From positions 1 to 24,769 of the forward strand of contig JBFXLE010000034.1 in the NCBI GenBank assembly GCA_050173015.1: 24,769 bases of DNA. The letters run 5' to 3'. Every line of letters starts with the position of its first letter. Positions within the stretch are counted from its first letter, which is position 1. The notes below the pieces were generated by a model that was not told the origin of the DNA, made no database searches, and saw nothing but the letters and a program-made list of their open reading frames with translations. This document shows, piece by piece, positions 8,012-17,100 of the stretch. Made by a program: the position numbers and the translations under genes. Origin of the DNA: Calditrichaceae bacterium. GTDB lineage: Bacteria; Calditrichota; Calditrichia; Calditrichales; JBFXGD01.

Positions 8012-9445
8012 TCATTGCGTGTAGCGCATCATTTGCACTCTGTATTTAAACATACCCGGCAAGTGTCTGGACTGCGCGGCCAAACGACGCAGACGGTTAT
8101 AGATTGACTGATCACGGAACAAGGACAGAAATCCGAAATAGTGATGCGTGTATTTGTGAAGCGCGCGGTAGAAGTCGGGATGAAATTTTCCCGGATACAT
8201 CAATGCCAGATCGCCGCTGTCCTCCCAGTTTTTCTTCTCGCCCATCATGGCATGGACTTTTTCATAAAACGGAGTTCCTTTTAAAGGATACGACACGGAG
8301 ATGCCGATATGATCAGGTTTGCAGCGTCGGATAAGTTCAAGGGTTTTCTTTATATCACCGATATCTTCACCGGGGTAGCCGTATTGCAAAAAGAATCCTG
8401 TTTTTATCCCGTGCTTTTTTAATATCCGGTTTGCCTCAATAATCTGTTCAATGGTTGTGTCCTTATCCATCGCGTCCAAAATCTTTTGAGAACCGGATTC
8501 CACGCCCATCCAGATTTCGGCGCACCCTGAGCGGGCCAGTTCGGAAACATGGTGTTCATTCATCAGATCCGCCCGGGACTGAATTTTATAGGGAATTTTG
8601 ACATTCAGTTTTTGCAGGGCATCGGCGAACTCAGAAATCCACCCGGGTTGAAGCGCGAATATATCATCGGTGACCCAGATTTGATCTGCCTTTAATATCT
8701 TTGACAGATATTGGAATTCCAATGCCACTTTTTCCGCCGGACGCGCTTTGTAACTTCGCCCATAGAGCGGTTTCGCGCACCAATTGCAACGAAACGGACA
8801 ACCGTGTGAAGTGGAAATGTTTAACGCGAAGATTCCATGAAAAGTTATCCACATTTTTCGGTACGGATTCAGATCTATTTTTTCCCAGGCCGGCATGGGC
8901 ATATTTTCCAGCGGGAACGGTTTTTTATTTGGCGGTGTCGCGTCCGGCTTGCCTTCTCCGTTAAGAAAGGAGACGCTCGGTAACTGTTTCAGACTTTCGG
9001 TTGAAGCTGTTTCGGCGTAGGCGCTTAAAAAATCAAAAAAGACACTTTCCGCGTTCCGGTGAACTATAAAATCAAATCCTTCTTCCAAATATGCTTCAGC
9101 CTGATCGGAAGCGTCAGATCCATGACCGATAAACAGACATTTCTTATTGACGCGTTCCAGAAAACGGAAAATCGTTTGGCGCATATTTCCCAGGCACATT
9201 TTTGTCAGATAATTAAAATCATCATCATATAAAATAAAAATATCAGGCTTAAATTTATTTACCTCCTCCAGGAGGCCCTGCTCGTTTTCGTCAAACATCA
9301 CATCATAAAATTGAACTTCAATTCCCGGTAAGTCCTGAATAAGAGCGATAAGATAAAGTGGCGCCAACGGCGGGAAAGGCTTGTGGTTCAAGGCTTCCTT
9401 GGGATCCAGCTTTAAAAAATAGGAATGACTGATGAGTATTTTCAT
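8012..9445 (-). CDS. cobalamin (B12)-binding radical SAM protein
   Basis: FPPLAPLYL, GHGSDAS, SHGCPFRCNWC, TDDIF, GVESGS, YGYPGE and YPLKGTPFY. ATGA overlap with the upstream gene. Confidence 0.92.
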   Translation of the reverse strand: MKILISHSYFLKLDPKEALNHKPFPPLAPLYLIALIQDLPGIEVQFYDVMFDENEQGLLEEVNKFKPDIFILYDDDFNYLTKMCLGNMRQTIFRFLERVNKKCLFIGHGSDASDQAEAYLEEGFDFIVHRNAESVFFDFLSAYAETASTESLKQLPSVSFLNGEGKPDATPPNKKPFPLENMPMPAWEKIDLNPYRKMWITFHGIFALNISTSHGCPFRCNWCAKPLYGRSYKARPAEKVALEFQYLSKILKADQIWVTDDIFALQPGWISEFADALQKLNVKIPYKIQSRADLMNEHHVSELARSGCAEIWMGVESGSQKILDAMDKDTTIEQIIEANRILKKHGIKTGFFLQYGYPGEDIGDIKKTLELIRRCKPDHIGISVSYPLKGTPFYEKVHAMMGEKKNWEDSGDLALMYPGKFHPDFYRALHKYTHHYFGFLSLFRDQSIYNRLRRLAAQSRHLPGMFKYRVQMMRYTQ

Positions 9446-10293
9446 GATACCGCCCTCTCCTTGACAACATGAAAATTCTTATCATAGACATGCTGATGAT
9501 CCACCCGGTGCAGCTTGGCGACACCGGAGCCAAGGATAATACTTTTACCGATCTGTTCCGGATATTTGCGTTCCAGACGACCCCGGTATTTTTTATAAAT
9601 AAACCGGTTTACCCGTGAGAGCAATGGCAAAGACTTTGTTCTTCTTTCGGGATGATCGCCGCGAATCAAATAATTGGAATCAATTTCAAAAGAATCCCCG
9701 GCATTTGGCAAACAATCAAACAGCCAGGAGTTCTTATAAATCAGGCGCTCTTTATAATTTTGATTAAAGAGCGGTTTCATTTGTACTAACTGAACCGCTG
9801 CGTAATAGTTTTTCGGCAGGAGAGTCAGGTTGTTTTCATCGACGAGATAATTCAGGCAAAGCCGCTCTCTCTTACCGGTGATTTTGCCAAACAATACGAT
9901 CATGAGATAGGTTATCCACAACTTATCCACATTTGTCACCATGAACAGATCTATATCATCATCTTTTTTGCACGATTCAAAAGCATTCGCGCCGGTCAGA
10001 CCGATAAACCGGACCCATGGAAGGCGGGACAGGAATTTCAGTTCAAAATGATACCGTTTTAGCAAAGCCCGGCTGAACTGTTGCTTTTCATGACACTGTT
10101 CATCAATCTCACTTTTCATGAGCCGCGAATTTTTCTCCGCGATTATTTCTTCATCAATGAGTTCATTGATACAATCATTATATGTTTTTTTTGATACAGG
10201 AATTTTTAAAAACCGATACACCTGATCCCGCGTGAAGGCGCTTCCAAACGCATGAGCCATTTCTATGGTGGTTAAAATTTCATCATTAAGCAC
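9442..10293 (-). CDS. putative nucleotidyltransferase-fold (pol-beta superfamily) protein with N-terminal winged-helix-like region
   Basis: FIGLTGANA...DDDIDLFMVT resembles the hG[GS]x9-13Dh[DE]h NTase signature, with A replacing S. It overlaps both neighbouring genes. Confidence 0.65.
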   Translation of the reverse strand: MLNDEILTTIEMAHAFGSAFTRDQVYRFLKIPVSKKTYNDCINELIDEEIIAEKNSRLMKSEIDEQCHEKQQFSRALLKRYHFELKFLSRLPWVRFIGLTGANAFESCKKDDDIDLFMVTNVDKLWITYLMIVLFGKITGKRERLCLNYLVDENNLTLLPKNYYAAVQLVQMKPLFNQNYKERLIYKNSWLFDCLPNAGDSFEIDSNYLIRGDHPERRTKSLPLLSRVNRFIYKKYRGRLERKYPEQIGKSIILGSGVAKLHRVDHQHVYDKNFHVVKERAVS

Positions 10294-11488
10294 GAGCGGC
10301 GCTCCTGATATTTATGGTACTGGCGTAAGCCTGAGATACCTGCCGGACGCAAGAGTCCCAGCTTAAGGAATCAATAGTATCTTTTGTAATTCGGTTTTTA
10401 AATCCGCAATTTATTTCACTCATAATCACTTTAGCCCAATTGGATATGTCCGGTTTAGTCAGAATTACTTTCCGGCTCCCGAAAATTTCGCTTGTCACCC
10501 CGTTTTCGAGCAGAAAGACCGGGAGATGATGAGCAAGCGCCTCGAAGGGGGTAAAGCCGAATCCTTCGTATTCAGACGCGTTAATAAAGAAATCAGCGCC
10601 TCCGTAAAACCGAGTCAATTCCGTTTCAGAAACGGATTGCCGGATTTTGATTTCAGTTCTGTAAGGCGAACGCTTTTTTGTTTTTAGGATTTCAGAATAA
10701 CCATTATTCGCGTGACCTATTAAAACAAGTTGATGAGGAAGATGGTATTCCGCTTTTAAATGATTAAACAGATTGATGATGAACGGGATATTTTTACGTT
10801 TTTCAAAACTATTGACGGAAAGGATGAATTTTTGGCTGTCCTGTTCATTGGTTCCGCGCAATGGAATCATCGGCTTAAGGTGATCGGTCCCCGGATAAAT
10901 GATCCTGAGTTTATGACGGTATTGAGGGAAAATCCCGGATACGGAATTCTGAGTTGTTTTTGAGACGGTTATCACCAGATCGGCGCGCCTAAGGAAATGC
11001 GGAATACGATTTCCAAAATAGAGTCTCTTCGCGCGCGGGTATTGAGCGGGGCGTTGTATGAATCCCATATCATGAAATGTGGTGATGATTTTGTAATCCG
11101 GATGGATTGGCGGACAGATATAATGAGTCGCGTGAAACAGACTTACATTTTCATTGAGAAGAATTTTTTGCAGACCGTATTCATAAAAGTATAACTGATG
11201 CAGCCTGTTTCTAATCGGGACCGGAAAAATTTTGTCCCCATCCTGTAGATATGACTTAAAAAGATTTACATGATCCGGTTTACAGAATATGATGAGCCGG
11301 AACTCACGATGAGATTGTAGAAGGCCGATGGCAAGATGATAAATATAATTTGCCGCCCCCGAAAAACGGGTGGGGAGAGCGATGCAGTCGATCCCGATAA
11401 CGGCTAAATCATCGGCTTTATGGACCGAACCGGGAAGAATCATTCTTTTATGTGGCGCATCCGTGCTTTCTTCAGTTAAATTATTCAT
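10286..11488 (-). CDS. glycosyltransferase family 4 (MtfB-like)
   Basis: SGAANYIYHL, TFHDMGF, ADLVITVS, EKRKNI and SEYEGFGFTPFEA (EX7E). First gene of the operon; the start may be the second Met. Confidence 0.9.
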   Translation of the reverse strand: MNNLTEESTDAPHKRMILPGSVHKADDLAVIGIDCIALPTRFSGAANYIYHLAIGLLQSHREFRLIIFCKPDHVNLFKSYLQDGDKIFPVPIRNRLHQLYFYEYGLQKILLNENVSLFHATHYICPPIHPDYKIITTFHDMGFIQRPAQYPRAKRLYFGNRIPHFLRRADLVITVSKTTQNSVSGIFPQYRHKLRIIYPGTDHLKPMIPLRGTNEQDSQKFILSVNSFEKRKNIPFIINLFNHLKAEYHLPHQLVLIGHANNGYSEILKTKKRSPYRTEIKIRQSVSETELTRFYGGADFFINASEYEGFGFTPFEALAHHLPVFLLENGVTSEIFGSRKVILTKPDISNWAKVIMSEINCGFKNRITKDTIDSLSWDSCVRQVSQAYASTINIRSAARA

Positions 11489-11652
11489 AGGATTACTTCA
11501 AAATACAGCGGTTTTGTATTCATTATCTAAATCAAAATAATTGGTTTTTATTCCTGCGATGGACATTTAAGAGGCGTTCCTGGCTGATTTTGAGGACAAT
11601 TGGCCTTTTGCAGCGTAAAATACGTGAAGAATATATTTGTAAGAGATTAATT

Positions 11653-12024
11653 ATGTATGATTTTCTCAATTACTTTTTTTATATATTTCATTCGGTTTTG
11701 ATCATATTCAATCTTACCGGCTGGCTATGGAAAAAGATCAGGAACTGGCATTTTTACAGTATTTCTCTTACAGCTCTCTCCTGGTTTGGGCTTGGGATTT
11801 TTTATGGATGGGGGTACTGCCCCTGCACAGACTGGCACTGGCAGATAAGGAGGAAAGCAGGCATCACAGATATGCCATCGTCATATATAAAATTTTTGCT
11901 GGATAAAGTGACCGGTCTCGATCTCAACGCGTTTTTTGTGGACTTGATGACAGCGGTACTTTTTTTTGCCGTGTTGATCATCGCCATTGTTTTAAAACTG
12001 AAGCGTCGCGCGGAATTTTCTTAA
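11653..12024 (+). CDS. DUF2784-like small membrane protein
   Basis: FH...FNLTGW, SWFGLGIFYGWGYCPCTDWHW and SYIKFL, with three hydrophobic segments. Start set at ATG 11653 rather than TTG 11590. Confidence 0.75.
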   Translation: MYDFLNYFFYIFHSVLIIFNLTGWLWKKIRNWHFYSISLTALSWFGLGIFYGWGYCPCTDWHWQIRRKAGITDMPSSYIKFLLDKVTGLDLNAFFVDLMTAVLFFAVLIIAIVLKLKRRAEFS

Positions 12025-12066
12025 ATCGGTGGTGATATTTATAATTAGAAAAGCGGATGAAGCAGT

Positions 12067-12099
12067 AAAAAAAACCGCTTCTTCCATGGAAGCGGTTTT
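12067..12099. terminator. bidirectional intrinsic terminator between convergent genes
   Basis: Stem AAAACCGCTTC (12071-12081) / GAAGCGGTTTT (12089-12099), with an A-tract on the left and a T-tract on the right. Confidence 0.8.
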
Positions 12100-12167
12100 C
12101 TATTGGCTCTATAAGTTTTTGAATGATAAATTTTCCCTCAATATAAGGGAAATTGTATCGGATGAAT

Positions 12168-13184
12168 CTAAAATTCTGTCAGTTTAAAACCGGTTTCTGT
12201 TTTCAGATTATCGATATAAGTTTCATATGCTGCATTTTGTTTATTTCTCTTTAATTCACCTTCAAGTTCAGCGCGGACTTCTTCGAACGGGCGTGTATCC
12301 TTTTTCCGGTTGACGATTTGCAGGATATGATAGCCATACTGTGTTTCCACGATATCGGAGATTTCACCCACCGGTACGGAAAACGCCGCTTTGTCGAAGG
12401 GCGGCACCATAGCGCCTCTTCCGAAATCTTCATATAAACCGCCATTTTCCTTTGATCCCGGATCTTCTGTATATGTTTTGGCGAGTTTCGCGAAATCTTC
12501 ACCCTTTTTCGCGCGGGCAAGAATCCCTTCCATTTTTTTGTAAACTTCCTGCTTCAGCGAATCATTTTTCCCCTGGGTGCTCAGCAGAATGTGACGGACG
12601 CTCGCCGTCTGGTCCTGATTATAGACTTCTTTGATCTCTTCTTCCGTTACATTTGTTTCATCAGCAAGCTTGGTATCAAGAAAATGTTGAATGGTCAGCG
12701 CGTCGCGCATATCATTACGGACATATTCTATATCCATTCCGGCTTTGGCCAGGTATTCCATAAATTTTTCTTTGCTGCCGGCTCTTAGGTATTGCTGATT
12801 TAAAAGGCTGTCAATTTCCGTTTCGGCAACTTTTGAGCCGCCTTTTTTGGCCGCGGTCAAAAGAATTTTTTTATCCGCTAAATTTTGGACTACGTCTTTC
12901 ATAATACGGTTAAGAGTATTGATATCCATCGATTTCAACTGATCGGCGCGGGCGCCAAAATTGGTCTGGATGGTTTCAAGAACTTCCCCGGCGGTGATGT
13001 CAAACTCGCTGGATGAAGCCAGCACTTCATTCTTCTCAGGATCCAAATACGCGAGCTTTGTTGAGATATCTACCCCTAACTGATAAGCCGGCGTACCCTT
13101 TTCCAGTTTAACACTTTTTTCCTTTTGGGAGCAGGAAAACAACATGGCTGAAAACAAGACGAGTAAAACAATAATTTTCTTCAT
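12168..13184 (-). CDS. parvulin-type peptidyl-prolyl isomerase lipoprotein (PrsA/SurA-like foldase)
   Basis: Lipoprotein signal MKKIIVLLVLFSAMLFSC, a SurA-N-like helical region, and rotamase motifs VRHILL, FAKLAKTYTEDPGS, MVPPFDKAAF and ETQYGYHIL. RBS AGGAG. Confidence 0.9.
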   Translation of the reverse strand: MKKIIVLLVLFSAMLFSCSQKEKSVKLEKGTPAYQLGVDISTKLAYLDPEKNEVLASSSEFDITAGEVLETIQTNFGARADQLKSMDINTLNRIMKDVVQNLADKKILLTAAKKGGSKVAETEIDSLLNQQYLRAGSKEKFMEYLAKAGMDIEYVRNDMRDALTIQHFLDTKLADETNVTEEEIKEVYNQDQTASVRHILLSTQGKNDSLKQEVYKKMEGILARAKKGEDFAKLAKTYTEDPGSKENGGLYEDFGRGAMVPPFDKAAFSVPVGEISDIVETQYGYHILQIVNRKKDTRPFEEVRAELEGELKRNKQNAAYETYIDNLKTETGFKLTEF

Positions 13185-13379
13185 TATTTCTCCTAATAAA
13201 TCGGTGACTAGAGTCCATAAAAATTTAAAATTAAGAAAGATTCTTAGTATTTCATAATTTTTTTTCTGAACGTTCCCTCCGGCTGTCGCGCGTGGAATAA
13301 ATATTATGTTTTATTAAGTTAAGAGGAACTTGCGCAAAAAGATAAAATGTGCGCCAGATCAAACAAGAGCATTACGGTT

Positions 13380-13408
13380 TTGACATTTTGGCTAAACATG
13401 CTTATAAT
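13380..13408 (+). promoter_or_regulatory. consensus sigma70 promoter
   Basis: TTGACA (13380-13385), a 17-nt spacer, then TATAAT (13403-13408), upstream of the ATG at 13475. Confidence 0.85.
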
Positions 13409-13474
13409 TATCTGGCACTCTTCTACAATGATTATAAATTAATAAGCGGGAATTTTTACAATTTTGGGAGGGGT

Positions 13475-13921
13475 ATGCAATTAAAAACATTATTACTGCT
13501 TCTCTTTTCGGGAATACTGTTTTTTCAATATTGTTCCGGTCCTAAAAAATCCGGGAGCACATCACCTGCCGACGAGCCATACAAACAACTGGCGGTTCAA
13601 AAATACCAAAATAAAATCACTTACTCCTTTAACTCCGACACCACCCTGGTGATTTGCGCGAGACAGGAAAAGCCAACCTCGCGGAGACCCTTTTCCAATG
13701 TTCAGTTCTTTGTTTACGATCTGATAAAAAAAAGTGTCGTCTATGAGGACAAACTTCCCATGGGCTCCGTGCGCTGGTATGATAAAGACCAACTCGAATT
13801 AAACACGATACCCGGAATCGTTTCAGGTAAAGAAGATAACGGGGCAAGGGTTTATATTGTTAATTTAAAAACCGGTAAGAAACAACTGCGACACGGCGGA
13901 AAGGAGGTAAAAGAAGAGTAA
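13475..13921 (+). CDS. hypothetical lipoprotein
   Basis: RBS GGGAGGGG, then MQLKTLLLLLFSGILFFQY-C (lipobox-like). The promoter lies inside the longer ORF-track call (13349), which supports this start. Confidence 0.75.
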   Translation: MQLKTLLLLLFSGILFFQYCSGPKKSGSTSPADEPYKQLAVQKYQNKITYSFNSDTTLVICARQEKPTSRRPFSNVQFFVYDLIKKSVVYEDKLPMGSVRWYDKDQLELNTIPGIVSGKEDNGARVYIVNLKTGKKQLRHGGKEVKEE

Positions 13922-14137
13922 TTAGCTACGTTTTCCGAAATCGGTCTGTCCGAATTAGTATATCGGTACCAGGCGTATCAAAATCAAGTGTTTTAGTCCG
14001 AACCTATACATGATCCGGAGTAGAAACAGGATAACAATTCGTTTTGTTATCTGAGACCTCATCCGGTTACAAATTTCTCCTGTAATTAAAGCACTTCCAA
14101 AATAATACTACACAAAACCACTAAAGTTGGGGGCGTA

Positions 14138-17100
14138 ATGACTCGTAGAGGACTATCAGCAGGTATTTTTCTGTCATTTTTGATTATTATCGCATTTCTT
14201 ATATCCGTAAATCGTGACCAGACATTTTCACTAAAAACCACGGCGAATAATCTTCTCCTTGATGAAACAAATCATACACAGGTAATTGATACCAAAAAAG
14301 CGATTGTCAAAGGAAAAGGGATATGGTCCGAAAGAAAAAAGAAGATCAAAGGATTCGCAAAGAGTGATGCGCCAGATATGTACGCGCAAATTCACCGGGA
14401 AATCCGTACACGGGACGGCGAACAGAATCCGGGTTATAAACTGAATTATAAGATTGATGAATTAAATAAAGCCGTTTCAGGATTGTCACTAAAATCGCTG
14501 AATAAATCAGCCGCCGCTCTGGACTGGGTGGAGAGAGGTCCGGGAAATGTCAGCGGTCGTACAAGGGGACTGATTGTTGACCCGGACGATGCCACACACA
14601 TGACCTGGTTTGCCGGTTCTGTGGGAGGCGGTATCTGGAAGACAACCGATATGGGGCAGACCTGGGTTGACAAAACTCCGGATCTTCCCAATTTGGCGAC
14701 CACGGTACTTGCCATGGCCGAATCAAATCATGATATTATTTACGCCGGGACCGGAGAAGGTTTCTTCAACAGTGACGCGGTAAACGGAAACGGGATTTTT
14801 AAATCGGAAGATCGTGGTGAGACATGGACGCAGCTGACATCCACGGCGAATAATCTAGATTTTCAAAACATCAACAGAATTGTGGTGAGTCCAACCGATC
14901 CGGATGTCGTGCTGAGCTGCGCCAATACAGGCTTTGTTGTTTCATCGGGCAGTCGAACATCAACCATTCAGAAATCCACCGACGGCGGAGTCACCTGGAC
15001 GGAAGTTTATGATGCCGGCGGATCGAGAATTCAGCATATTGTCGCCAATCCGCAGAATTTTAACACCTTATACGCGACAGTCAACGGAGTCGGCGTTGTT
15101 AAATCCACCGATGCCGGAGATACCTGGCAATTATCTTCAGACGGGATTGGCGCCGCGTCACGAATAGAACTGGCCATCGCTCCGACTGACACCGCACGGA
15201 TTTATATCGCGGTGGAAAATGGTGAAGAATCGGATTTATATGTCTCAGAAGACGCGGGCGCAACCTGGACAATCTCCCTGGATCAGTCCGAGACGAATCC
15301 AAAATGGCTCGGAGGACAAGGCTGGTACGATAATACAATCGCCGCGCACCCCTATAATGAAGATATTGTGTTTGTCGGCGGAATCGATGTTTGGAAAATT
15401 GAATTACAACCCGGCACGGACACCACATCCGCCATTACCGGCGTTGAACAAAATAATACGCAATCGTTTTTCGGATTTATCAATTGGGGTGGTCCTTACG
15501 CGGGTGGTGGTTTAGGTACCGGCGATGATTTTCTGGGGTCCGCGGGTGTTGAGCCGGAGGATTACGCGACCGTTGAAATTCGATTTGGCCCGGGAATTTC
15601 CCAGAAAGCGCATCGTTTTGTACGGGATGGCGTCACAGGTGATTATCTTTATCAGGATTATGTCGATGTGCCATTTGAAGTCTGGGATATCACCAATAAC
15701 CGACAGTTAATGACATCCTTCAGAGACTGGGCCAATAACGGCGTATTTGATTTGATAGCTTATGACGGGAATAATCTTCAGCGTGAATATATTTTTGTAA
15801 ACGCGACTCCCTATGACGCTGTTAATCCGGATGCCACGATTCCTCAAACGAACGGATTTATGTGGAAAAATATTTACGCCATGTGGCCGATTTTGGCGAC
15901 AGGCGGCACCTGGGATCCAAACAATCTCCCTGAATCCAACCTTAGAATCAATTATGAAACGGTTATAACCAAAGTCAGATTAACCACACCGGTTACAGAC
16001 GGTTATAATCAGTATGGAAAACCATATATTCATGTAGATCAACATAATCTGGTGATGATTCCCACCAATCCGGAAACGGAAGAATTCTGGATCCTTAACG
16101 GCAATGACGGCGGCGTGGCTTATTCCACTGACGGGGGTACAACCTGGGCAGAGGCTCTTAACGGCGGTTATAACACTACACAGTTCTACGGCGTTGATAA
16201 AAAACCGGGCGCGAATGAATATATCGGCGGAACTCAGGATAACGGTACATGGAGGTCACCTAAAGCTGAGGATGCCAATCTGAATTCCGTGTATCTTAAA
16301 CAGCTGGGCGGGGATGGTTTTGAGACCTCCTGGCATTATACCGATCCTCTGAAAATTGCGGTATCCAGTCAGTTTAACAATATCTGGCGAACCCTTGACG
16401 GCGGGTTGTCCTATCTTCCCGCGAGTGACGGATTGGGTGATGATGGCGCGTTTATTACCAAAATCGCGAAATCACAAAGTGATCCGGACTTACTCTTTAC
16501 CGTCGGATCCGCGGGTGTGTACCGGACGGATAATTTCGCGGAGAATTGGACATTAACACCCATCTCAGCAGATTGGGGTTTTAGCAGTTCATTTACGGAA
16601 GTCAAAATCTCCATCGCCAATCCACAAATCGTTTGGGCAGGGGCGAATATGGGATCGAGCGGTAAAATTCAGGTTTCCGTCGATGGCGGTCTGAATTTTT
16701 CATCGACCGTAAATTACGACGCGGTCACACTGGGCAGGATTTCCGGTCTGGATACCCATCCGATTGAAGATTCGACGGCGTATGTACTCTTTTCCATCGC
16801 CAACGCGCCAAAAATTTTACGTACCACGGATCTTGGACAGACCTGGCAGGATATAAGCGGATTCGGCGCCAACTCATCAAGCGGCAACGGATTTCCGGAT
16901 GTTGCCACATATTCTCTGCTGGTGATGCCTTATAACACCGATATTCTTTGGGCCGGAACGGAGATCGGAATTTTCCAGTCGCTTGACAACGGAGTAAGCT
17001 GGGCTTATCTGAACGAGGGTTTACCGGCTGCTGCCGTGTGGGATATGCGTATTGTGGATGATCAGGTAGTGGTGGCGACCCATGGCCGCGGCATCTGGTC

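Noticed and set aside
885-9445. Naming the radical SAM genes bchE, hpnP/hpnJ or a P-methylase
   Set aside because: They share only the generic B12-binding + rSAM architecture. No photosynthesis, hopanoid or phosphonate genes are in view.
11489-11652. Cobalamin or SAM riboswitch upstream of the B12-rSAM operon
   Set aside because: The region is short and AT-rich, and I see no B12-box or SAM-I core motifs.
13349-13474. N-terminal extension of the lipoprotein ORF (likewise 11590-11652 and 20704-20751)
   Set aside because: The downstream ATGs at 13475 and 20752 have an RBS and signal peptide, and 11653 is the first ATG of its ORF. The 13349 extension contains the consensus promoter.
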